Below are positions 26,628-39,579 of a stretch of DNA of 64,000 nucleotides, piece after piece. How positions within the stretch are numbered: position 1 is the first letter of the stretch; each line of letters starts with the position of its first letter. The notes beneath the pieces were generated by a model that worked only from the letters and a program-made list of their open reading frames with translations, was not told where the DNA came from and did not search any database. Source of the stretch: Octopus vulgaris (Eukaryota); NCBI GenBank assembly GCA_951406725.2, contig OX597825.1:87916001-87980000 (forward strand), in the 5' to 3' direction. A program made the translations under genes and the position numbers.

Positions 26628-27439
26628 TATATATATATATATATATATATATGCGTGTGGTCTGATGATTGTGCTTTAGTGTGAAAGGACTTCCACGTCT
26701 GAAAGTTAATGTTATTCCTTACACTGTACTGAGGCGTTGTTTGGGGTCTAAATTCTAAATAATTTAAAATTAAAACAATGGCTCTTAACAAGGACTGAAT
26801 TATGTTGTGGTACGTATTATAATTATCCAGTCGTTTCCATTTTATCGGTTTGTGTACATAATTTCCTGACGGTTTTGCATTCCTTTTGACTCCGATGTAA
26901 TCGTTTCGCTTGAATTCATTGTTTTACGCATGTTAAGACTGAAATAATGTCACGTTTAGATTGATTGCAATATAGAAATACAGTTTTCCCTTTCAACTTC
27001 AAAATGGCGAACCTACTTCTTTTAATCATTAGAATTTTACATTTATCTTTAGATTAATCACTACAATTTTCTGAGAGATCAATTCGCTATTATTATTAAC
27101 GCTTAACGCACATATAAGACTCTGTATTATTTATTTTCCACTGTTTTACCTTATTACTTTTCACGATTGACCCTCAGCTTAATCATGCAGAAATTAAATG
27201 TTTTCATCATTTTTATTGCAAAACAATAGATTATGATTTTATCAATTTATTAATAATTTTTTCATTCCTTTATACATACATACATACATACATACATACA
27301 TACATACATACATACATACATACATTCATACGTGCGTACATGCACGAACACACACAGACATGCAAATATATACATAACATACATTCATACATATATAAAT
27401 ACATACATAACATACATACATACATACGCACAGGCACTA

Positions 27440-27672
27440 CCTATTTCTTTACTACCCACAAGGAGCTAAACACAGAGAGGACAAACAAGGACAGACAAAC
27501 GGATTAAGCCGATTGTATCGACCCTAGTGTGAAACTAGTACTTATTTAATCGCCCCCGAACGGATGAAAGGCAAAGTTAACCTCGGCGTAATTTGAACTC
27601 AGAACGTAACGGCAGACGAAATACTGATACGCATTTCGCCCAAGCCTGCTAACGTTTTTGCCAGCTCGCCGC
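27440..27672 (-). mobile_element. SINE family M, subfamily with an alternative 3' tail
   Basis: Head and core match 20489, but the tail is ccttgtttgtcctctctgtgtttagctccttgtgggtagtaaagaaatagg. Confidence 0.9.
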
Positions 27673-27934
27673 ACAGACAATACCAACACTAGCAAGTACT
27701 TAACAAGTATCGGCAACTTTCCACTGAAATACGATACTGTAAGTATATTGTTAGATGAAAGAATGTGAACAGAGTCATATGGTCAGTCCAAAGACTAGTC
27801 GAGTGACACGGCTCCTCCCTGAGGCATTACCAGTGGAATTGTACGAAATTACATAAGCAGATTCCATGTTGACGTATTAATGAAATCCCAGTCACATTGG
27901 ATGAGAGAACTTCTGAATATATTTCCTTTAGCAT

Positions 27935-28285
27935 GAAGTCTACTCTTGTGACATACCTACATGCAACTAGCTAGCAGGCACTACCCCTGTTACGACTTCA
28001 AGTTGATCCGCTCTACGGAACATCCTGCTCGTGAAATTAACATGCAAATAGATGAGTACTCCACAGAAAGGCTTACCGTTAACGTGTTTCTCTGGGAAAT
28101 TCAGCATGATACCGGATGTGATGAGGCTGGATCTTTGAATTACAGGTGAACTCATTTTTGCTAGCTGAATGGATTGGAAGAATGCAAAGTAAAGGGTGTT
28201 ACTCAAAGATGCAATGCACTGCCGGGAATCGAACTCACTTCCTCACAATCGAGTGCCCGATACACTAACCACCAAGCCAGCCCTC
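27935..28285 (-). mobile_element. tRNA-derived SINE family C
   Basis: Minus strand A box tggcttggtgg, B box gagttcgattcc, and core ccaatccattcagctagcaaaaatgagt shared with 55003-55240. Confidence 0.8.
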
Positions 28286-28673
28286 TTTGCCCTACACATG
28301 CAGACATTTGAAATTAAAAGATTTATAATGCTTCTGCAAATGTTTAACCTGATTCCACATCCAATAGACCTGACAGCATCAAAGGAAATTGCCGATGCAA
28401 AGTAGCAGTCTACGGAGGACGACGTTACTACTTTTTAGCCCCTGGAAAACATCTCTTCCAACTGGTTACCCTCACATGATCTGTGTCCGTATACTGTGTC
28501 CGTATACTGTCTACTCCTCTAATAAATGCGTGAAGCATAATTAAATGGTTCGCTTGTGTTTTCTTTTCCCCGAAACCAGGAACATTTACCCATCCTCTAG
28601 TATATGTCTGTTTAACCAGATTTATTCACTGCTGTACTTATGTGATATCTGTTGTCCGTTATTATTATTATTA

Positions 28674-28746
<73 letters not shown>

Positions 28747-29184
28747 TTTATCACCCTTTAGTGAAATATGTCTTTTACTTTTTTCTGTTTGTCATTTTTC
28801 AGTTTTTATTTTCTTTCTGTTCCCAACGAGCATACGTTTTCATTAACACTACAATTTTAAAAAAAAATTTAGTTAATGTTATGGACATTTATTTCTAGTA
28901 CCATTACAACTAGGCGAACCCGAAATCTCTCATCACCTCTAGTCGTATCATACTATAATTCGATAACTTCATTATCCTTTATAACAATGTTATTACCATC
29001 CTAAACCCTTCCCTCCTGTGCTTCTCATCTTCGAACGCTAAACATCGCAGGTGGCCACCTACAGGATGAAAGTATCTGACATCTGCTATTCCTCATCCCG
29101 TTATCGATCTGTTAATGAGTATACATCCTCTAAACCCTCTCGACAGACCTGCTCTAACTATATGGACTAACATATATCTATTCG

Positions 29185-29410
29185 AGTGCATATGGCGTAG
29201 TGGTTAAGAGCGTAGGCTGGTAACCCCAAGATTCCGAGTTCGATTCCAAGCAGTGACCTGAACAATAATAATAATAATATCGAAAAATACCTTAGGAATG
29301 AGAATCCAGGTTCGAAATTTTCCTGATGATGGCTGGAGGGTATATCAGCCGAAACGTGTTAACAAACAAGATGAGGACAAATATCCATCAAATGTAAATA
29401 TGTAGATAAT
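29185..29410 (+). mobile_element. Hammerhead-bearing tRNA-SINE (family H), copy B
   Basis: A and B boxes are intact. It has CTGATGA (29323-29), t, ggctg gagggtatat cagcc, GAAAC (29351-55). The 5' arm of stem I is deleted. Confidence 0.88.
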
Positions 29411-29523
29411 GATAATTCTTTGTTTTACAACATTGAAAAGTTACATTATCACTTTTCGAAATGCAGTTCATGGTGCCTGATTATATTGTGAGTTTTCTCT
29501 TGTAATTCAACGTTTGTGAACCC

Positions 29524-30085
29524 ATGGACAGGTCAAAAATTCGTGTTGTTTATGAACATGTGTTCCGTCGTGGAAACAATGCATCCCAGACAACCCGAAA
29601 CATCAGTGAGGTGTTTGGTGGCGAATGAGCGCACTGTGCGTCGATGGTTTGAGAAGTTCCTGTTTGGTGATTTTACTCTTGAAAATCAGCGCAGGCCCCG
29701 TGGTAGACCTGATACTAAGGTGGATAACGACGAGCTGGAAACTGTAGTGGAAGCAGATACATCTCAAACTACGCATGAGATAGCAGCAAGGTGTGGGGTT
29801 TCGGTTCCAACTCTATTGGACCATTTGAAACAAATCGGCAAAGTAAAGAGGCTAGACGAGATGGGTACCACCCGGACTGAACGAGCACCAAATGACAAGT
29901 CTTCTTGAAGCTTGTCCTTTGCTATCATGGCATAAAAGCAAACCATTTTGGCGTCGCATTGTTACGTGTGATGAAAGGTGGATTCTTTTCAACGCTAGCA
30001 AGTGTTCTGCATGGTGGTTGGATAGAGACGAAGTGCTAAAACACAATCCTGAAAAGAATATTCACCAAAAAAGCTAGTTTTCTGG
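29524..30085 (+). pseudogene. Mariner (Tc1/mariner, SETMAR/Hsmar-like) transposase pseudogene, 3'-truncated
   Basis: MDRSKIRVVYEHVFRRG, ANERTVRRWFEKFLFGDFTLENQ..RGRP, LKQIGKVKRLD, a WVP motif and RRIVTCDERWI (first catalytic D). It is frameshifted and ends before the second and third D. Confidence 0.92.
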
Positions 30086-30464
30086 TTTTTAGTTTCTTCC
30101 CTTTACTCCCGTTTTTAGAAGAAAATGTTGTTATAAGAAGGTGTTCAAATCAGAGTATTCTCAAGACTGAATTAGTAAAACAACGCTTATTCTGAAGTGA
30201 TTAGGCAAGAATTTTATCTAAATACCTCTGGAAGAATATGAACTCAAAATTGTATGCACTCAAATATGCATTCGTAAAAGAAAATGCTGTCTAACTCCTC
30301 GAACATTTAGGGGTAAAATGCGGACAGCTGAGATGCCAGTCGTAGTTTTGCGGATGGAAAATTTTAAGTAAAGATCGACGAGATAATAAATGTATTTTGT
30401 GCACACAATATGTGTTGGTGTGATTTTGGCAATTGTTAACACACAAACGCGTATGCGCATACAT

Positions 30465-30516
<52 letters not shown>

Positions 30517-30664
30517 CCTATTTTCGTAAGTCCATGCCTGAGTACACATAGTGCGATTTAAACGGAGAGAGAGAACGGAGATCTATATTTAGAATGGTAA
30601 CATGATTTTAACTGTAATCTTTGCTGCTAATGTGAAATTGTAAATTATGACTCAGTGCTTACAA

Positions 30665-30983
30665 TGTATGTATGTATGTGTGTATGTATGCATGCATGCA
30701 TGCTTGTATGTATGTATGAATGTTTGTTTGTTTGTATGCATACATGTATGTATATAGGTACATTTGTACTTGTGTATGTATGTTTGTATGTATACATGTA
30801 TGTATGCATGTATGTATGTATATAGGTATATTTGTACTTGTGTATATATGTGTGTATGTATGTATGCATGCATGTGCATAGGTATATTTATACTTGTGTA
30901 TGTATGTATGTATGCATGTATATAGGTGTTTTTGTATGTATGTGTGTATGTATGTATGCGAGTAAGTATGTATGTACGTATGT
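30665..30983. repeat. (TATG)n-derived minisatellite
   Basis: TATG matrix with a recurring ataggtatatttgtacttgtgta anchor. Confidence 0.9.
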
Positions 30984-31984
30984 TGACACCGAAGAGGCAA
31001 ATCTCCGCCATAATCGATTCTACTCACACACCTTGCTGAAACTAAACATAACTCGAGGACATCAATCTTGTGGACATATTTAATGCAACTGTTTTATATT
31101 AATGAAATCATCTTCAATGAATTCTGTCCGTTACACAATTCTCTCTCCATCATAGACACACCAGTTGGTCCCTTTTGTTCCATTCTCACTTAAATATCTC
31201 GAACATTTTGACCGTATATGTATTATTTTGCAGTATAGATACTAATATCCTCACGTTGATATTATATATTATTTGCATTTGTTATCCTAATATACAATTA
31301 AATGTGTTTGCCTTTATATTAAATATTTAATGTGCGAATTGGTTTCATATATATATATATATAAATGCATAATGTACATTAGAAAAATTAAATGATAAGT
31401 TAACATAAATCTAGTGACACATAAAAGACGTCAATCTTTTCTTTCATAACGCTGTAGAATAGTTGCTCTGTGTAATATCCTGATAGAATATATAAGTAGT
31501 TATATATACAGATTGAATGTTATTAATGTTGTATATTTAGTATTTGATTTTGTTCGGTTTTCGTGTTTAATAACAGTGTCGATACGAATACGAAATGATG
31601 ATATGATTGTCATAAACAACACTTCCTCCGAAACGCAGCAGTTAAGTTCCATGATATAATATTATCAGCGTTAGGTTGTCAAAAATATGTGACACATACC
31701 GATGTTCGTTTTATCATGTTGATGCTGGCATCGCATCAGGTAATGATGCGATCAAAATTAAAAGCTCTCTTTACTTCTGCACACCTTGCAAGCATCTACC
31801 TTTGCGACAAGAATTCCCACTTCACGTATTATTAGTGATTGTTTCAGAAATTTCTCCAAATCTGTGAATAGACAGATTCAGGGATATAGTCTACTTTACG
31901 GTATAATATGTGTGAAGCTGCCTACCAAAAGGACCGACGCTTTCAAGAATTGCGTTTCAGGCCAATGCCTTCTTTAAACAAATA

Positions 31985-32172
31985 TTGGTTTTAAACTTTA
32001 GCCCAAGGCCAGCTATTTCAGGGAAAGGGGAAGACGATGACATCGACCACCTTGAAAGGATTCAAAGCTAAGTCAAGTTCGTCAGCATTTCATCTCAGCA
32101 CCTAATATCAATAAAAATGCCACTTAGCATTCTGACATGCGCGGTAACGATTCTGCCAACACGCATCCTTAA
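31985..32172 (-). mobile_element. Old diverged SINE family M copy
   Basis: ttggttttaaactttagcccaaggccagc...aacgattctgccaacacgcatcctt resembles the family tail and head. Confidence 0.65.
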
Positions 32173-32718
32173 ATTAAGCAAATTTTACCAAATATCTGGA
32201 TTTAATGGCTGCTGTTTTATCACTGAGAAAGATTTTCTCCCCTACACTAATGATTAGAAGCATCAAGATCCGGTTCAAAACTATGTTAGCCGCTCCACGG
32301 AGGAGAAAAATCTCCATGCCACCCGAATATCAAAGAAACTTCTTTTCGTTCGCCATAGCAAGAGTGAACTCAAAGTGAACTCTAAGCTCGAGATTTCTCA
32401 TTCATCTCAAACCTGTTTTCTTCCGGTTTGATTTGATTTCGTCAGGTCTAATAAGAACATATCTGCTTCTCCGGTCGGTTCTGTTTACTAAAGTCTTCTA
32501 CTCAAAAGTAACGTCCTGATCACATTTTACTGGGGAAATCATGCGTTGGTACACTTCTAGGAAGTGACACATGTTGGCTCACATTTCATCTAAAATTCGC
32601 TTTCAATGAAACTATTTTGAAGTTGTTCTCAAAATTGGCATCATAAATACCTTTAACCTGTAAGAAATGTCTTTATTTCCGGATTGAGTAGAGAAAATGT
32701 CATAGGTGTGTGTGTATA

Positions 32719-32777
<59 letters not shown>

Positions 32778-32781
<4 letters not shown>

Positions 32782-33274
32782 CATTTGTTATAGAAGAAAC
32801 ATTACAGCACCACCCCTCAGACTTAAGAGTAAATATAAATAAGTGTAAGTTGTGTGTAAAAATATTCCTTGCCAACCTTAAGTCTTTTGGGCCAAAAACT
32901 TTGAATAAATTTACTGATGTGATCCCCTTTTTGCAACCATGGGTTTTCGTCCACCTTTTTGAAAGTGTATAGAAATGAAAATAGATGTTATAAAATTGTT
33001 TAGCGTTACGTGGATTTGAAACCGGCGACGTTGAATTTCTGTTAAGTACACCCACTTAAGTGTTTAGTAATAGATTTTTTTTATAAGAAAATTTGGAATC
33101 GGCCGTTGATGGGTTCTTCTTTTAAGTTATATACGCTTTTCACAAGGGCGTAAGCTTTTCTTAAAAAATTTTTGATCCGTGCGTGTCTCCTGTTTCCTGT
33201 TCATCCTAATGAGGGGTCATCGCCGTGTTGTAATTCAGTGTAAATAATCTGCGGTGGTGAGCTCCTGAAATTAC

Positions 33275-33277
<3 letters not shown>
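32778..33277 (+). mobile_element. Penelope-like element 3' end: GIY-YIG C-terminus plus pLTR with decayed hammerhead
   Basis: NKCKLCVK..KTLNKFTDVIPF(fs)CNH matches the CxLC..E..LNKRxE..CRH terminus of Penelope endonucleases. CTaATGA (33206-12), a long stem and GAAA (33267-70) follow. Both sides are bounded by (TA)n. Confidence 0.7.
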
Positions 33278-33321
<44 letters not shown>

Positions 33322-34134
33322 GGAGGGGGAATGTTGAATTTTACCTGTGGAAGTCTGTTTACCTATGAACTCTGGACATACTTGGATGAACGAAGTAAGT
33401 AACTTTTTTCAAATATCTTTTCAATTATTCAAAAAAAAATTCCAAGAATAATTTAATCGTCTGATTAAACATTTTTAGTCGTTTATTTTTACCTTTACTT
33501 ATTTCACATTTGTCTATTGGGTTTTTTTGGTAGTTTATGAATTTTTAGCCGTTTATATTTAACATTTTTGATTGGTCGTTCTATTTGTATTTTATTCGAT
33601 TATATACTTTTACCTTCTGTGATTTTATGTATATGTATTATTTTTTTTATATGTTTGTGAAACATGGTGATTTTTATATTTGATTAAATGTTTGAGGGGT
33701 GGGGTCGATTGTAAAGTCGTTGATCCAAAATTAATGTTTGTTCTATAACCATTGCTTCTTTACCTTCGTCTCATATTTGAACACTTTTTTGCACTCCTTT
33801 AAACCCTTTTGTTTCTATTTGAAGAGACAAATATTATTTCTTGTTGTATATATACATGTATATATCACTGTAAATATAAGGACCGCTTATCGTGGAGGAG
33901 CTGTTCGGCACAGCACCAGACTCCTTTCTTTCCGTTGCCTCTCCATCGGTTATCGCACCCTTTGTTTTTCAGTGGCCTACGAGACACATGCTCAGGCAAC
34001 ATGTGTACAGTTTATACATAACATCCATATATGTATGTAATTATGTATGTATGTACATACGAACTTATCTATCTGTCTGTCTGTGTGTACACATGCATAC
34101 TTATATATTTATGAATGTATATAAATACACAAAT

Positions 34135-35587
34135 CAACTATTGACATGATATTCTCCATACGCCAACTTCAGGAGAACTCCAGAGAGCAGAAAATACCAT
34201 TATATATGGCCTGTATTAATCTGACAAAGGCCTTTGACTCGGTAAGTAGAAAAGGCCTCTTCATCCTGCTCTAAAGAATCGGATGTCCACCAAAGCTGCT
34301 GAGGATCATCAAGTCTTTCCATGATGATATGCAAGGCCCCATACAGCACAATGGTTCAACATCAGCGGCCTTTCAAATAAAAAACAGGGTAAAGCAAGGT
34401 TGTGTCCTCGCTCCTACATTATTTGGCATCTTCTCGCTCTTGCTCTCACATGCCCTTCAGACATCAGATGATGGAGTGTTTCTGCACAGTAGAAGTGACG
34501 GGAAACTGTTCAATCTCTCGCGCCTGCGTACCAAGACCAAAATCAGAAGCGTCCTGATCAAGGAGATGCTATTCGCTGATGATGCCGCTCTGGTATCACA
34601 CACAGAAGAAGCACTCCAGAGGCTCATTAACTGTTTTGAGCAAGCATGTAACGACTTTGGCTTAGCTATCAGCCTTAAGAAGACCAACATCATGGGTCAG
34701 GCTACATCGGGCATCCCAAACATACATATTGGAGACCACAGATTACAGGAGGTGGATAAGTTTACCTATCTTGGCTCTACCGTCACCTACAACCTATACC
34801 TTGACGCTGAGCTCAATATACGCATTGGCAAGGCAGCTTCTGCGATGGCCCAACTCTCCAAACGGGTATGGGGACAACAATAACCTGACCAAGATCACGA
34901 AAATGAAGATCTACCAGGCATGTGTACTCAGCACTCTACTGTATGGAAGTGAGACTTGGACGCCATACACACGCCAAGAGCGTCGCCTAAACATCTTTCA
35001 CCTGCGCTGCATCCGGAAAATCCTCCGAATCAAATGGCAGAATCATATCCACAACAAAAATGTCCTCAAGCAAGCAAGAATACCAAGCATGTTTGCACTC
35101 CTCACACAAAGACGTATGAGATGGCTTGGGCATGTTAGCCGTATGAAAGATGGCAGCATCCCCTAGCTTCTTAGGGGTACTAGGTCTGTGGGAAGACCGC
35201 TATTACGTTACAAGGATGTTTGCAAAAGGGACATGAAGGCCTGCAACATCAATATTAGCAATTGGGAAGCAGTTGCCAGCAACCGTGGAGATTGGCGGAC
35301 GTACCGTAAAAGAGGGAACACAAAGGAGTGACAGAGAGAGAGAGAGAGAGAGAGAGAGGAGAAATGGAAAGACAAGAAAAGACGTCAACAAGAAAGTATG
35401 ACATCACAACTAGCAAGGCAAAGTCTTCGCTACATTTGTGGCACCTGGCAGAGGGAGAGTTTGTCCAGGATAGGACTACACAGCCACAGCAGGAGATGTA
35501 TTAGGACATGAAATGTAAAAAGCCGGACCAGATTATTTTATGCGCAACTCCATTGTCTCCCGACACAAAAAGGATGCCAACAACAAT
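34135..35587 (+). mobile_element. RTE-clade (BovB-like) LINE, 5'-truncated, with intact 3' end
   Basis: DMIFSIRQLQE..LTKAFDSVSR, VKQGCVLAPTLFGIF, EMLFADDAAL, LSTLLYGSETWT and RMRWLGHVSRM. The 3' end is ccattgtctcccgacacaaaaaggatgcc(aac)n. A few stops and frameshifts are present. Confidence 0.95.
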
Positions 35588-36807
35588 ATAAATACACACA
35601 AACACACACATATCTTTGTGTGTGTGTGTAAATGGACATCTATCCATTTACATACACACGCGAGTGCACACATACAAACACAAGATGGGGGATGATTATC
35701 CCCCTTCTATTTATTATCTCAGCTCCAAATGATAATTCCTCAACCAAGCTTTAATAATTGATTAGGACGCGAAAAGTCTTAAAGCTTTGGTCACTCCTTC
35801 TTCGCTTGTAAATTCTCCTATTATTGTTTTCTTGAATGCATTGAAGTCAGCACCTCAACCTATAAATACCTGTTCTGTGGGGACAAAGTTTGATGACTCT
35901 AAATACGAAATCCTTCTAATGTTATGCGTAATTGGATTTACAAACAAAATGGAAGGGAATATACTGAGCTGGAATATTCTCGGAGTATCAGTATATCCTA
36001 GCAACTATTTTGAGAAAGACACACAAATGTGTTCTCCATAATAATATCGGTGACAGAAATCTCTTTCATTCTTAAAAATAATTAGGTGATTTCATTGATT
36101 TTTATATTTTAAGAAGCAGAACTGTTAATTTATCGATCTTTTACCTAATTTTGACCTGATTGTAAAATGAAAACTAAAAATAATAAGTAATGTCGATTTG
36201 TCAGAGAATATTTCGTCATACAGCACTTGCTGGCAATGAGGAATGGCTGGGATATAGTTCGTAGCTACAGCATTTGCCTTTTGTTATTTTCTCCAATGAT
36301 TTTTGCCTCCTGTAAAATTCCACCTCTCCAAGTCGACAAGAATTCTAATTTCTTCAGGGAGCTTGAGCTGGCTTTAACACTGGGAAATTATTATCTAGTA
36401 GGTACCTTCGCAAAGGAAAGGCATTTGGTATGATCCAAATTAGAGGGTTTATTTTAATGATTTATAATCAACTAAGCTGAGATCGTTTTAACATATCGAT
36501 TCCAAACATTATTACGTATCGATGAATTACGATATATGTGTCAATACGAGAAGTTCTACGCATACATTAGTCAAGTTGTATTTCACGAACGTCCATAGAA
36601 TCGCATTTAACCTGCACTTCCTTGGGTGACAGTTTTCCAAGACTTTCGCAGATTCCTCTTGGTGAATCTTTTCCCGTAATAAAGGCAATGAATTAAACAG
36701 AATGCACATACGTTTATATACATGTGTGCATGTATAGATATACGTGTATGTGCGTGTTTGTGGGTGTGTGTGTGCATGTATATTTACGTCAGAAGACAGT
36801 GATAACA

Positions 36808-37301
36808 CTACTCTTGTATTTGTTTCAGTCACACGATTGCGGCCATGTAGGAGCACCGTCTTCGGTCGAACAAATCGACCCCAGAACTTATTCTTTGTAA
36901 GCCATGTACTTATTATATCGGTCTCTTTTGCCGCACAGCTAGATTACAGGGACGTGAACACACCACCACCGGTTTTCAAGCGATGATGAGGGGACAGACA
37001 GACACACACACATACACACACACATATATATATTGACCTTCGAAACGTGGAGTAGATGAAACAAAGGCAACTGAAGAAGGGGAATTTTCCTTGTATTGTA
37101 TGTCCTGTACTCTATTTTTTCGTTGTTTAAGAAAAATGTCCATTTCCTTGGTTTTGTGTTTATGATTTCGTTTCTTATTGTGTTCGACGTTTTTTGTTTT
37201 TTTTTGCTCTCCTGAACCCATATATGCATGCATATATACATGCAGAGGTAGGTACGTACATATACGTATGTATATATGCATATTTTTTTATTTATTTATT
37301 A

Positions 37302-37336
<35 letters not shown>

Positions 37337-37480
37337 CACGACGGGCTATCACTTTCTACTTACCAAATCCACTCACAAGGCTTTGGTCGGCCCGAGGCTA
37401 TAGTAGAAGGCACTTGCCCAAGGTGCCACGCAGTGGGACTGAACCCGGAATCATGTGGTTGCAAGCGGCTCACCACACAC
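36808..37480 (-). mobile_element. SINE family O, full length, split by an insertion in its internal microsatellite
   Basis: 3' part at 36808-37010 and 5' part at 37338-37480 (ccaaatccactcacaaggctttggtcggcccgaggctatagtagaag). Confidence 0.88.
37033..37222 (+). mobile_element. Possible Penelope-like pLTR fragment nested in a SINE
   Basis: It begins ccttcGAAACGTgg (3' half of a hammerhead-like motif), has a T-rich body and TA flanks. Confidence 0.4.
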
Positions 37481-38070
37481 TAGTGTCAGGTTTTCTAATG
37501 TCTACATTTATTTATGAATTCTTTCGTTTTAACTTCCTATGAAATAATATTTTCTAAATATTGACTGTTTTTCATGAAACACATCTTTCAAGAAATCACT
37601 TTCGAAGCTTTAAGGGTTTGCGGCCCTTTCGAGATAGTAATCGGGTTTAACCTAAAACCTCTTAAAACAACATCGTAGCGGTGATGTGATACATACATAC
37701 TTGAAATAAACTCATTCATTGTTACATTTGCAGCCTTAGTACCTTCATATAACTTCGTTAGTATTCTTTCATATTAATACGAACATTATGTATATGAGAG
37801 TAAAAATTATAACTCTTTCCAATGCAAAGTTGTTTTTTTTCTATTTGCATTGTGCTGCATTTTCCGCAGTGTTTTAATCACGAAACCGTATAAATTTCTG
37901 GCTACTTTATGTATTTAATAAATAATTCAATAAAAACAAACTACGAAATATGAAACAAATGCAACATTTCATGCAGAAGTGGTTTAACTTTGTCATTCTG
38001 TCTTCTATTGTTTAGGTTACAGTCTACAATGATCATAAATATATGTTAGCATCTATCTATCCATCTATCT

Positions 38071-38509
38071 TTGTCTAGTGAATGTTTTAAAAAAAGATTG
38101 GTGAATGTAGCAAGGATGGCACGTATGAATGACGAAGCCACATTGACTATGATTCTATGAACCGTAAAAATTAATATAGAGAGTTGCTTATTTGTAAAAA
38201 GAAAATATAGCATGTGACCTCATTGACCAAGGTTACCATGGTCTTTTCCGTAGGCTTTTCTTTCCACGGGTAAACCTCATCTGTCCTCCCCTTTACACTT
38301 TATATTGACTATTCTGTGATAACGATCCCTATTGATAATTTTTTTTTCCTTTTCCTTATTTTTATCCCCCCACTTTTTTTGTCCTCTTTCTTTCCCTTTA
38401 CGATCCCTTTTGATCGAAAACCAACCCCCCTTTTTTATCCACAAAAGAAAAGCTCTACCTTGTAATTTGTCCTGTCTGTGTGCAGCCCTGTGTGGCAAAT
38501 AAAGAAACA

Positions 38510-38510
<1 letters not shown>
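38071..38510 (+). mobile_element. 3' end (ORF2 C-terminus plus 3' UTR) of a Tx1/L1-like LINE inside (TCTA)n
   Basis: LSSECFKKRLVNVARMARMNDEATLTMIL* resembles the terminus at ~48055-48120 (STSKFLEKWV). It has a pyrimidine-rich UTR, AATAAA at 38498 and (TCTA)n on both sides. Confidence 0.6.
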
Positions 38511-38544
<34 letters not shown>

Positions 38545-38689
38545 ATATCTATCTATCTATCTATCTATCTATCCATCCATCCATCCATCCATCCATCTAG
38601 CTATCTATCGATCTAGCTATCTATCGATCTAGCCATCTAGCTATCTATCGATCTAGCAATGTATGTATGTATGTATGTATGTATCTATC

Positions 38690-38782
<93 letters not shown>

Positions 38783-38822
38783 GTCTGTCTGTCTGTCTGT
38801 CTAGCTGTCTGTCTATCTAGCT
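38510..38822. repeat. (TCTA)n/(TCCA)n/(TCTG)n tetranucleotide array
   Basis: Direct reading. Confidence 0.98.
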
Positions 38823-39284
38823 ACAAATATACAAACATATATATACAAATGTATATGAATTTTTCTCTGTTCCCTCTCTCTCTCTCTATGTATGTGTGTG
38901 CACATTACATGTGTTGTGTGTGTCTATGTGTGTATGAGCATATATATATATATATATAAACTAACAACGACAACCAATAAATCTCTCAAATCCGATGTAC
39001 TTTTAAGAACATTTGTCATAACAAGTGTAACTAAAGAACAGAAACAAGAAAAATGACCGCAACTGAACTAAGCGCAAGCTCAGTTGAAACATCTAAACTC
39101 ACGTGTAAGGTCGTTAATCATACCTATACATCTTTCTTTCTCTGTCTGCCTGTCCGTCTGTCTCTGCACACACACACATATATATAAAATGGCAGCATAA
39201 GAAGACGATGTGCGCTTTTTGACTATCGAGTTATTCCCTGTACAACGTGCTGAAAACCAATGTTGAAACAAAAATTGATCCACA

Positions 39285-39437
39285 GTTTAAGAGATGATGA
39301 ATTATGTACATTCGACGGATATTTGTTCTCATCTTTGTTAACACAACATTTCGGTTGATATAGCCACCAGCCTTCATCAGGTGTCTTGGGAAAATTTCTA
39401 ACCTGGGTTCTCATTCCTAAGGTATTTTTCTATGTTG

Positions 39438-39471
<34 letters not shown>

Positions 39472-39539
39472 TACTATTCAGGTCACTGCGTGGAATCGAA
39501 CTCGGAATCTTGCGGTTAGTAGCCCGCGCTCTTAACCAC
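39285..39539 (-). mobile_element. Hammerhead-bearing tRNA-SINE (family H), copy C
   Basis: Minus strand gacac CTGATGA a ggctg gtggctatat caacc GAAAtgtt gtgtt (39385-39340), with the tRNA head to 39539. An inverted tail fragment follows at 39541-39648. Confidence 0.88.
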
Positions 39540-39547
39540 AAAATAAA

Positions 39548-39579
<32 letters not shown>

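Noticed and set aside
34329-35166. Active reverse transcriptase gene
   Set aside because: 5'-truncated RTE copy with an in-frame stop near 34272 and frameshifts, so it is a dead retrocopy.
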